From positions 53,400 to 117,399 of the forward strand of contig CANIIA010000001.1 of assembly GCA_947467435.1 (NCBI GenBank): 64,000 bases of DNA. Reading direction: 5' to 3'. The translations under genes were made by a program, and so were the position numbers. The DNA is from Betaproteobacteria bacterium (GTDB lineage: Bacteria; Pseudomonadota; Gammaproteobacteria; Burkholderiales; SG8-39). This document shows, in pieces, positions 9,226 through 18,245 of this stretch; the stretch's first letter is position 1; each line of letters starts with the position of its first letter. The notes beneath the pieces were generated by a model, which was given only the letters and a program-made list of their open reading frames with translations, searched no databases and was not told where the DNA came from.

Positions 9226-10644
9226 ATGAGCAGGAGAATTAAGAGTATCGGACTCGTCCTCGGTGGCGCACTCGTGGGCGTGCTGCTGAGCTTGCACTTT
9301 CAAGCGTCCGCACAACGCGAAACGCGTGGGCCGTTACCCATTGAAGAGTTGCGTGCGTTTAGCGATGTGTTCGGCGCGATCAAATCAAACTACGTTGATC
9401 CAGTCGAAGACAAAAAACTCATCAGCGAAGCCATCAACGGCATGATCACTGGGTTGGATCCGCATTCAGCGTATCTGGATGCCGAAGCCTTTAAAGAGCT
9501 GCAAGTCGGCACGCAAGGTCAGTTTGGTGGTTTAGGCATTGAAGTGGGCATGGAAGATGGTTTTGTAAAAGTGGTTTCGCCCATCGAAGACACGCCGGCA
9601 TTTCGTGCGGGCATTAAGCCGGGCGATCTGATCGTCAAACTCGATGACACACCAGTCAAAGGCATGAGCCTCAACGATGCGGTGAAACGCATGCGCGGCA
9701 AACCCAACACCAACATCACGCTGACCATTGCTCGCAAAGGCGAACCACAGCCCATCATCGTTACACTCACGCGTGCCGTGATCAAAGTGCAGAGCGTGAA
9801 ATCAAAAATGATCGAACCTGGCTATGCATGGGTACGGGTCTCGCAATTTCAAGAAGGCACCACCGAAAGCTTGGTCCGTCACATCGACACCTTGTACAAA
9901 CAAGGCGCACTCAAAGGTTTGGTGCTTGATTTACGCAATGACCCGGGCGGTTTGTTGTATGGCGCGGTAGCGATTTCTGCCGCGTTCTTACCCAACAAAG
10001 CTTTGGTGGTATCCACTGATGGTCGTACTGAGGATGCGCGTCGCAAGTATCTCGCCTCACCCGAAGATTACGGTCGTGGCACGCGTGATGATGTTTTAAA
10101 AGGCTTGCCTGCTGCAGTCCGTAAAGTACCGATGGTGGTGTTAGTCAATGGTGGTTCTGCTTCAGCCTCCGAGATCGTGGCGGGCGCGTTGCAAGATCAC
10201 AAACGCGCCACCATCATGGGCACACAAACCTTTGGTAAAGGTTCAGTACAAACCATCATGCCGCTGGGGAACAACACAGCGATCAAACTCACTACCGCGC
10301 GTTATTACACGCCATCAGGGCGCTCTATTCAGGCCAAAGGTATCACCCCAGATATTTTGGTTGAAGAACCCGGCGCAAACGCTGCAGCACGTCTTCGCGA
10401 AGCCGATCTACAGCGTCATCTTTCTGCACAGCGCGGCGAAACACCAGCCGAAGAAGCCTCCACGCCACGTACTAAATCAACGACACCAGCAACTGCAGAA
10501 GCCGAACCACCCAAGCCAATTGAGTTGGGATCGAAAGATGATTTCCAGTTATTACAAGCGCTCAATCATCTAAAGGGTCAGCCTGTCAAAGGTCAGCCCC
10601 CAGCAGAAACCGCTGCGATAAGCAGTAATAAAAAATCTGACTAA
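9226..10644 (+). CDS. carboxy-terminal processing protease (S41 family)
   Basis: ATG 9226 follows CAGGAG. A PDZ region (GGLGIEVG...PAFRAGIKPGDLIVKLDD) and the S41 catalytic region (VLVNGGSASASEIVAGALQD...GTQTFGKGSVQ) are present. Confidence 0.9.
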   Translation: MSRRIKSIGLVLGGALVGVLLSLHFQASAQRETRGPLPIEELRAFSDVFGAIKSNYVDPVEDKKLISEAINGMITGLDPHSAYLDAEAFKELQVGTQGQFGGLGIEVGMEDGFVKVVSPIEDTPAFRAGIKPGDLIVKLDDTPVKGMSLNDAVKRMRGKPNTNITLTIARKGEPQPIIVTLTRAVIKVQSVKSKMIEPGYAWVRVSQFQEGTTESLVRHIDTLYKQGALKGLVLDLRNDPGGLLYGAVAISAAFLPNKALVVSTDGRTEDARRKYLASPEDYGRGTRDDVLKGLPAAVRKVPMVVLVNGGSASASEIVAGALQDHKRATIMGTQTFGKGSVQTIMPLGNNTAIKLTTARYYTPSGRSIQAKGITPDILVEEPGANAAARLREADLQRHLSAQRGETPAEEASTPRTKSTTPATAEAEPPKPIELGSKDDFQLLQALNHLKGQPVKGQPPAETAAISSNKKSD

Positions 10645-10650
10645 GTACAC

Positions 10651-10692
10651 GCGGCACGCATTCCTGCGTGCCGCTGCTGCATTTGTATTTGT
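10651..10692 (+). terminator. putative intrinsic terminator/attenuator after the S41 protease gene
   Basis: A perfect 10-bp stem, GCGGCACGCA / TGCGTGCCGC, with a TTCC loop (10651..10674). It is followed by an interrupted T-rich stretch, tgctgcATTTGTATTTGT. Confidence 0.5.
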
Positions 10693-10715
10693 CGACGCAT
10701 CACTGCCCATACGCC

Positions 10716-11480
10716 ATGGATGATCGTCAGCTCCTTCGCTACAGCCGTCATTTGTTGCTTGATGCACTGGGCATTGAAGCACAATCACGCTTACTTGCTG
10801 CACATGTACTGATTGTCGGTGCAGGCGGGCTAGGTTGTCCGGCGGCGTTATATCTCGCGGCAAGCGGCGTCGGGCAAATCACCATCGCCGATGGTGATTG
10901 TGTAGATGCCACCAATTTGCAACGCCAAGTGTTGTATCGCGAGAGCGATATCGGTCAGCCCAAAGCACAGGTTGCACAACGCGTGCTGCAAGCCATGAAT
11001 CCAGACGTTCGCGTCAACGCGGTGGTCGAACGCTTAGCGGGTGCTGCGCTTGATACCGCGATCGCTGCAGCGGATGTCGTTCTCGATTGCAGCGACAACT
11101 TCGTCACCCGTCATGCCATCAACCGCGCCTGCGTACAACATCGCGTACCCTTGGTTTCTGGCGCGGCGATTCGTTTTGACGGGCAACTGGCGGTGTTTGA
11201 TCCGCGCCACGAAAATGCCGCGTGTTATGCCTGCCTGTTTGCCGAAGACACGCAAGCCGAAGACGTTGCATGCGCAACCTTGGGGGTGCTCTCACCGCTC
11301 ACCGGCACCATCGGTGCAATGCAGGCCACCGAAGCGATTAAACAACTCACCGGTGCTGGTAAAACTTTAAGCAGCCGTTTGCAGCTGTATGACGCACTTA
11401 GCGCCGAGTGGCGCACGATTGGTATTCCGCGTGATCCAGCGTGTGCAGTATGTGGCGCAAGCTCAACCCACCGGCGTTGA
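10716..11480 (+). CDS. moeB: molybdopterin-synthase adenylyltransferase MoeB (HesA/MoeB/ThiF family)
   Basis: From ATG 10716: MDDRQLLRYSRHLLL..., nucleotide loop VGAGGLGCPAALYLAASGVG, and Cys pairs CYACLF and CAVCG. Confidence 0.85.
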   Translation: MDDRQLLRYSRHLLLDALGIEAQSRLLAAHVLIVGAGGLGCPAALYLAASGVGQITIADGDCVDATNLQRQVLYRESDIGQPKAQVAQRVLQAMNPDVRVNAVVERLAGAALDTAIAAADVVLDCSDNFVTRHAINRACVQHRVPLVSGAAIRFDGQLAVFDPRHENAACYACLFAEDTQAEDVACATLGVLSPLTGTIGAMQATEAIKQLTGAGKTLSSRLQLYDALSAEWRTIGIPRDPACAVCGASSTHRR

Positions 11481-11517
11481 GCAGAACACGGCGCCGCCGC
11501 AAGCGTATCGTGCGTGT

Positions 11518-12111
11518 TTAACCGATGTAATGCCAGTGTGGTGCTAACTGCTCACTGGGTTTTTTCGCAAAACCACTGCGCGCAAAGACGTGTAGACAGC
11601 CTAATGCATAGCGTGTCAGTGCGGCTGCATGCGCCCCAGGATCTTCCTCGGCAGGCAAACCGCCCTGCGCATCGGCAGCAGCCAGTTTTAATGCCTGCTT
11701 GAGCGTGGCCTCAAAGCGATCAAAAAATTGATTCATGCGCGCTTGTAAGCGTTCATGCTCACCGACCAACGCTTCGCCAATCATGACGCGCACCATGCCA
11801 GGATTTTTTTCAGCAAACGCAAGCAGCAACTCCAGCATGCGTGGCGCATGGCGACGCGGATCTGTTTCGTCGGCGCTAATCCGATTGGTTAAAGTAAAGA
11901 CCGAGTGCTCAATAAATTCAATCAAGCCCTCATACATCTGCGCCTTAGAAGCAAAATGCCGATACAACGCCGCCTCAGAAACATCTAGACGTGCAGCGAG
12001 TGCTGCGGTGGTGATTTTTTCCCAACGCGGCTGCTCAAGCATTGCAGCGAGCGCCTGCAGAATCTGCTGGCGGCGTTCGCCTCGTTTAAGTTCACTTTTT
12101 TCGCGCGGCAT
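11518..12111 (-). CDS. slmA: TetR-family regulator, nucleoid-occlusion factor SlmA-like
   Basis: From ATG 12111: [72 protein letters not shown]. This parallels E. coli SlmA as I recall it (RREEILQSLALMLES...[32 protein letters not shown]). Confidence 0.7.
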   Translation of the reverse strand: [197 protein letters not shown]

Positions 12112-12175
12112 AAGGCGTAATTGTAACGAACTCCGCGGCCGGCGTTGCGTCTGGATGACGCCGACGTCTACCGGC

Positions 12176-12841
12176 TTAAGCCACGTTGCGAAACGCCAGA
12201 CCGGGCAGCTCGAGCACGCTGGCAATACGCGCATCCACAAAGCGCGGCTTACCCAAGCCGCGACTCACCCACACGGTCTCTAGGCCGAGGCGCTTGGCGG
12301 CGTGTAAATTTTCGAGTGCGTCATCAATAAACGCGCAGCGATGCGGGTCGAGCTTGTGCGCACGCATCAATACATGAAACCCGTGTAACGCCGGCTTAGG
12401 TCGATAACGGGTGTCTTCAATGGTGTAAATGGCAGAAAAAAACCGCCGTACGCCGATCGCACCCAACACCCCGTCAACGTAATGGCGCGGCGCGTTTGAA
12501 AAGATCAATTTTTTTCCGGGCAATCGAGCCAAGGCATGGCGTAAGGCGTTGTCATATGTCACGCGCGCTTCGTAATGACGAAAGTTGTGCGTTTCTTGAA
12601 TAAAGCGCTTTGGGTTCATACCGTAATGCCGTACCAAACCCGCCATCGTGGTGCCATATTTTTGCCAAAACAGGCTGCGTAGGGCATTCGCGCCAGCTTC
12701 ATCGAGATTTAAATTCACACGCAGCCATTGATTCATCTGCACATGCATTTCTGGAAAGAAATACGGTCGTGCGTCGTGCAGCGTGTTATCAAGATCGAAG
12801 ATCCACACGCGGCGCGAAGCCGGTAAGCGAGCAATGCGCAC
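12176..12841 (-). CDS. HAD-superfamily pyrimidine 5'-nucleotidase
   Basis: 221 aa with HAD motif I (WIFDLDNTLHDA) and a C-terminal FIDDALENL motif. Confidence 0.75.
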   Translation of the reverse strand: MRIARLPASRRVWIFDLDNTLHDARPYFFPEMHVQMNQWLRVNLNLDEAGANALRSLFWQKYGTTMAGLVRHYGMNPKRFIQETHNFRHYEARVTYDNALRHALARLPGKKLIFSNAPRHYVDGVLGAIGVRRFFSAIYTIEDTRYRPKPALHGFHVLMRAHKLDPHRCAFIDDALENLHAAKRLGLETVWVSRGLGKPRFVDARIASVLELPGLAFRNVA

Positions 12842-12861
12842 CGCAGCGTCGGTCTGTGTGG

Positions 12862-13812
<951 letters not shown>

Positions 13813-13878
13813 ACTGCGTGTATCGGCAGGTTCGCAACAACTGCCAAAGCGTGAACCACCCGATGCGGGTTGGGTGCT

Positions 13879-14307
13879 TTACTGAATCGTCAGACGTTTA
13901 CTCGCTACCGGTACTTTTTTGGGCAGGGTCAGCTCAAGCACCCCGTCGGTATAACGCGCTTGTGCCGTTGCTTCATCAATCTCTTGCGGCAGGGTAAAGC
14001 GTCGCGTGGATTTGCCATACACACGTTCGGCATGCAGCACGCGTTGGCCCTCTTGCGCCGTGTGTTCACGCTGCACTTCTGCAGAGAGCGTGACTTGCGC
14101 ACCATCAATCGACACGTGGATGTTTTCTTTTTTAACCCCAGGAAGTTCAGCGTGCACTTGATAGGCGTTAGCCTGCTCAGTGACGTCTACCACCATTTGC
14201 GCGCCGGTTTCTTGGTTAGAGCGATAGCCGACGGGACGCACTAAAAATCCTTTAAACAAGTCATCCAGCACAACACCGAATGGATCGTGACGCATTAGAT
14301 TTGCCAT
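13879..14307 (-). CDS. Hsp20/alpha-crystallin family small heat-shock protein
   Basis: 142 aa with an alpha-crystallin domain (DVTEQANAYQVHAELPGVKKENIHVSIDGAQVTLSAE...RFTLPQEIDEATAQARYTDGVLELTLPKK). Confidence 0.9.
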   Translation of the reverse strand: MANLMRHDPFGVVLDDLFKGFLVRPVGYRSNQETGAQMVVDVTEQANAYQVHAELPGVKKENIHVSIDGAQVTLSAEVQREHTAQEGQRVLHAERVYGKSTRRFTLPQEIDEATAQARYTDGVLELTLPKKVPVASKRLTIQ

Positions 14308-14421
14308 GACAGTCTCCTAGATCAATGAATAAATTTAGTCTTCACAAGGCGTGTGGAAAGTCCCACCACCAGCCGACTTGCGACGACGTTTGTGAGCCGG
14401 TGATGCGGCCCGATGACCATC

Positions 14422-14449
14422 AGATGGGGGACTGCGGCGGCGTTTCAAG
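14422..14449 (-). promoter_or_regulatory. sigma-32 (RpoH) type heat-shock promoter for the Hsp20 gene
   Basis: The - strand reads CTTGAAA-(13 nt)-CCCCATCT, matching the E. coli sigma-32 consensus CTTGAAA-N13/14-CCCCATNT. It lies about 115 nt upstream of the Hsp20 ATG. Confidence 0.7.
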
Positions 14450-14492
14450 TGGTGACAGATTGATCTCGCGCAAACACGCACAACGCTGCGAC

Positions 14493-16631
14493 TTAGAACG
14501 TGCCGCGCAATCCAACACTCAACGCGCGTCCACCCAGCGGAGCGCGATCTTTCAGAAATGACACGGCGTTGCGCGCCTCCACGTTACCTAAGTTGGTACC
14601 ACGCGCATATAACTCCCATTGCTCATCACCGAGCACTCGAAAGCGATAACTCAAGGCAGCATTCAACATGTTGTAACCATCAGTGGGTAAATTGGTCGGT
14701 AACGTGGTGGTATATGTTGGGATGCGTGTTTGTGCCGCGACGCGCGTGAGATCCACATTTCCGAGCCAACCGGTATTGCGCTTCCACTCCAAGCCGAGGG
14801 TCAGACGTGTCGGGGCGATACGCGGTAATGCATCGCCTTGACTTGTGGCGCGTACCGTATCGGCGCGTGTAATCAACGCCACGCTATCGCCCTGTGCGGC
14901 CCACGCATTGAAGCGTCCTTGTGCCTCCAGGCCACGAAAATACGCCGGAGCAGCAACAAAATTAAATTGCGGTGTCGCGCCGTCTGCGTCATACGCGACC
15001 GACGCACGCGATGCATCGCGGTACAGTTGTGTACCCGAAGACAGCGCGGGCGAGAGATAAATAAAATTTTCAAAGCGGTGTTGAAAAATACCGACGCTGC
15101 CAGTAAGACGGTCCGCCGTTTTACGCAACGACAAATCGATAGCGCGCGATTTTTCTAGACCCAACGTACGATCACCCACTTCAAACGCGCTGGTGGCCGC
15201 GTGCTTCCCGTTGGCATAAAGCTCGGTCACACTTGGCGCGCGCTGTGTCCAAGTGAGATTCGACGCCAGCGCCCATCCAGGTTGTATCGTCCACAACGCT
15301 CCCAGCGCACGACTTTGTGGCGCAAAGTTTTGTGCATTTGATGCAGTGGCCGCGCCGCTGGCATCCACAAATGCCCCGGCATTGACTTTGATCGCATCGC
15401 GTCGCATACCAGCGCTGAGACGTACCTGTTGAAGATCGAGTTCTTCATACACAAACCATGCAACGGCTTCGTTACGCGTGCCAGGTAAAAACGCTTCGCT
15501 TCCGTTGGCCGTGAGGTTTTGAGCACTCGATTGCAGACCAAACAAACCCTTCAACCGACCCACATCACGATGGACCAATTCCAATCGTGCATCGTGTCCG
15601 CCGCTCAGAAACGTGGTGTTGATGGTGCCGCCATCGAGTTCGTCGTGACGATAATTGGTTAAACTCCATTTGACACGCACTGTTTGAATCGGACCCGAAA
15701 GATTGCGTTGTTCAGCCGCAGCATCCCAACGCATCGATTCCATTTTGATCCGGACGTTAGGTTCGACCACGGTGCCGTAATTGCTATTGGTCATGCCAAC
15801 AGACACACCGGCATACCCATCGGTCCAAGCCACCGAACTCCCGAGTCCACCGCCTTCTGCCAATTGATTTGAGTTTGGCAAACGGCCAGACGCCGACAGT
15901 TGCGATGTCGTGAGCCCATTGGTCGATAACGCGCGTAATCGCGTTGAGATTGCATGACCTGGTATCGCTAAGTTTTGCGTGGTACGTCGGTAGGCGTCGG
16001 CATGCACCGTGATCTGTCCATCGCCTGCATCCACATGCGAACGCATGCTTTGTTCGTGAGCCGCACCACCAAGACGCGGTTCAAATTCACCGCGCACACC
16101 CAACACGGGCACCGTAGCAATACGACCATCGACAAGATTCACTACGCCACCGACGGCGTTTCCGCCAAACAATAACGCTGCTGGACCACGCACCACTTCA
16201 ACACGCTCGATTGGCGCCAGATCCACACTCACTGCATGATCGGGGCTTGCTGCCGAAGCATCGATCATCCCCACGCCGTTTTGTAACACGCGTAATCGGT
16301 CACCATCCATGCCACGGATCACCGGTCGGGCCACGTTCGGACCAAAGCCGCTACTACTGACCCCTGGCAGATCAATCAACGCATCCGCTAATCCTGGCGC
16401 GTGACGTAACGACAACGCGCGGCCTTCTAACACCGCCGCAGGCGCGACTAAGTCAAACAGCGTTGATGTTCGCCCGAATGGATCCGCGTGAATCACCACC
16501 GCATCGGTGGTTGCGTCCGTCTCAATGGGAGTGGGCACAGCAGTGCTGGGTGCGGCGGTTTGCGCACACAATGCTGTTGTAAACAAACAGGTGTTCAGGG
16601 CCACCAGACCCCGTCTCAAAACTCTGCGCAT
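14493..16631 (-). CDS. TonB-dependent outer-membrane receptor
   Basis: 712 aa with a signal peptide, a plug domain (RPVIRGMDGDRLRVLQNG...SPDHAVS...RVEVVRGPAALLFGGNAVGGVVN) and a C-terminal barrel ending ..LSVGLRGTF. AGGAG lies upstream of ATG 16631. Confidence 0.9.
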   Translation of the reverse strand: MRRVLRRGLVALNTCLFTTALCAQTAAPSTAVPTPIETDATTDAVVIHADPFGRTSTLFDLVAPAAVLEGRALSLRHAPGLADALIDLPGVSSSGFGPNVARPVIRGMDGDRLRVLQNGVGMIDASAASPDHAVSVDLAPIERVEVVRGPAALLFGGNAVGGVVNLVDGRIATVPVLGVRGEFEPRLGGAAHEQSMRSHVDAGDGQITVHADAYRRTTQNLAIPGHAISTRLRALSTNGLTTSQLSASGRLPNSNQLAEGGGLGSSVAWTDGYAGVSVGMTNSNYGTVVEPNVRIKMESMRWDAAAEQRNLSGPIQTVRVKWSLTNYRHDELDGGTINTTFLSGGHDARLELVHRDVGRLKGLFGLQSSAQNLTANGSEAFLPGTRNEAVAWFVYEELDLQQVRLSAGMRRDAIKVNAGAFVDASGAATASNAQNFAPQSRALGALWTIQPGWALASNLTWTQRAPSVTELYANGKHAATSAFEVGDRTLGLEKSRAIDLSLRKTADRLTGSVGIFQHRFENFIYLSPALSSGTQLYRDASRASVAYDADGATPQFNFVAAPAYFRGLEAQGRFNAWAAQGDSVALITRADTVRATSQGDALPRIAPTRLTLGLEWKRNTGWLGNVDLTRVAAQTRIPTYTTTLPTNLPTDGYNMLNAALSYRFRVLGDEQWELYARGTNLGNVEARNAVSFLKDRAPLGGRALSVGLRGTF

Positions 16632-16659
16632 GGTTACTCCTGAAATCCAAGGTGATCAT

Positions 16660-16676
16660 GTGAACAGCGTGTTCAC
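16660..16676. promoter_or_regulatory. perfect 7-3-7 palindrome GTGAACA-GCG-TGTTCAC upstream of the TonB-dependent receptor
   Basis: Read directly in the sequence, 29 nt upstream of the receptor ATG inside the 105-nt spacer. It could be an operator or an RNA hairpin; I did not recognise a cognate factor. Confidence 0.3.
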
Positions 16677-16736
16677 CGAATCAACGTGTCAAACAACACT
16701 CGCGTGAGTGATAGTTCGACGACCAACAACCGGATT

Positions 16737-17153
16737 TCAGCAGCGCGGTGGCGCGCGGCCGTCGTAGACGATCGGCGGCGTTGCTACCACCACGTCACGA
16801 TGCAGCGCAAGAATCGGGGCAACACCCAATGCAATCACGGGCGCAGCGCTCGCGCTCGCTGATGTGAGCAGATGACCCACATCAAATAACGCCACACACA
16901 ACAGACAGGAATGCTGCGTCGTTGGTGCATTGGTTGGCGTATCGGTTGGCGTATTCGTTGTGGCAGTGCGTTGCTCAGAGCGCTGTTCGTCAACGTGTGA
17001 AGCGGTCGATACCGCCAAACGCGTCGCCTCTTGTGCAGACGAACTCTGTTCGCGCAACAGATGCTCCAACGGATGGATCAGCGCCCCTTGCACCGCCAAC
17101 AGCACGGCAGCAGCAAGAAAAATTCCCAGCAGTTTTTTGGACATCCGCTGCAT
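16737..17153 (-). CDS. small membrane-anchored/exported His-Cys protein (possibly DUF2946-like)
   Basis: ATG 17153 overlaps the upstream stop (TAATG). The product has an N-terminal hydrophobic anchor (MQRMSKKLLGIFLAAAVLLAV), HPLEH, a Thr/Pro-rich linker and QHSCLLCVALFDVGH. The DUF2946 assignment is from memory only. Confidence 0.5.
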   Translation of the reverse strand: MQRMSKKLLGIFLAAAVLLAVQGALIHPLEHLLREQSSSAQEATRLAVSTASHVDEQRSEQRTATTNTPTDTPTNAPTTQHSCLLCVALFDVGHLLTSASASAAPVIALGVAPILALHRDVVVATPPIVYDGRAPPRC

Positions 17154-18139
17154 TATTTTGCGTTCGCTAAACACTGCTCCAAGCCAGCAATAAACAAATC
17201 TTTCGGTAATTTTTTTCCGATAAAGACCATCACCGATTCTTTTTTATCGGTCTTGGCCCAGGGTTTGCCGGTATCACCGCCCATCATCATATGCACACCC
17301 TGAAACACCACGCGGTTGGGGTTTCCCTTCATCCACAACACCCCTTTATAGCGAAGCAAATCGGGGCCATACACCTGAATCATTCCGCCTAAAAATTGCT
17401 CGAGCTTTTGTCCGTCAAACGGCTGATTGGTCCGAAACACAAACGAGTCCACTTCGTCGTGATGCTCGTGGTGGTTATCAATTAAAAATGAAGGATCGAT
17501 TTCCAGAATTGCGTTGAGATTAAAGCCACGAATATCAAAAATTTCTTGAATCGGCATCTCGCCAAAATGCACCTTTTTTATCGGCGCGCGCGGATTCATT
17601 TTGCGCAATCGCGCCGACAGTGCATTCACCTCATCCTCACCCACCAAATCGGTTTTGGAGAGTAACAAGCGATCGGCAAAGCCGACCTGCTCTTGTGCTT
17701 CTTGAAACTCATCAAGCGTCTGCGTCGCGTGCTTGGCGTCGATTAAGGTCAAGATCGAGTCGAGTAAGTAATAACCGCCGATTTCTTCGTCGGTAAAAAA
17801 TGTTTGTGCTACTGGCCCCGGGTCTGCCATGCCTGTGGTTTCAATCACGACACGATCAAACTTCAAACTGCCGGCGGTGCGTTTGGCTTTCAGTTCTCCA
17901 AGAATACGGATTAAGTCGCCGCGCACGGTGCAGCAAATGCAACCGTTATTCATCTCGACGATTTGTTCATCGCCGGTTTCGAGAATGTCGTTGTCGACAC
18001 CAATTTCACCGAATTCGTTTTCGATGACGGCGATTTTCATGCCGTGATTTTCTTTTAAGACACGATTTAGCAACGTGGTCTTACCACTGCCTAAAAAACC
18101 GGTGAGGATGGTGACAGGCACCATGGCTTGCTCCGACAT
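17153..18139 (-). CDS. COG0523/CobW-family G3E GTPase metallochaperone
   Basis: Walker A GFLGSGKTTLLN, the CxCC metal motif GCICCTVRGDL, and a His-rich stretch NHHEHHDE. ATG 18139 follows GAAGGAG. Confidence 0.85.
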   Translation of the reverse strand: MSEQAMVPVTILTGFLGSGKTTLLNRVLKENHGMKIAVIENEFGEIGVDNDILETGDEQIVEMNNGCICCTVRGDLIRILGELKAKRTAGSLKFDRVVIETTGMADPGPVAQTFFTDEEIGGYYLLDSILTLIDAKHATQTLDEFQEAQEQVGFADRLLLSKTDLVGEDEVNALSARLRKMNPRAPIKKVHFGEMPIQEIFDIRGFNLNAILEIDPSFLIDNHHEHHDEVDSFVFRTNQPFDGQKLEQFLGGMIQVYGPDLLRYKGVLWMKGNPNRVVFQGVHMMMGGDTGKPWAKTDKKESVMVFIGKKLPKDLFIAGLEQCLANAK

Positions 18140-18245
18140 AAACACTCCTTCTACAGAACGCCGCGCCGATGGGCCGGACGCGACGGGAGGCGGATTTTAG
18201 CCTGTGATCGCTCGACGGGCGATTGGTTTTAACGCCGCGTCGGTA

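Noticed and set aside
14308-14415. ROSE or fourU RNA thermometer in the Hsp20 leader.
   Set aside because: Only a 5-bp potential pairing exists (CUUUCC with the GGAGA of the SD). There is no U(U/C)GCU ROSE core and no U4 stretch opposite the SD. It is mentioned only as a possibility in the promoter finding.
16632-18245. Cobalamin riboswitch, or a Zur/Fur box, controlling the CobW-family/TonB-receptor cluster.
   Set aside because: Neither upstream region has a B12-box (GCCACUG) or an AT-rich Zur/Fur-type palindrome (such as the GATAATGATAATCATTATC or TGTTAT..ATAACA types).
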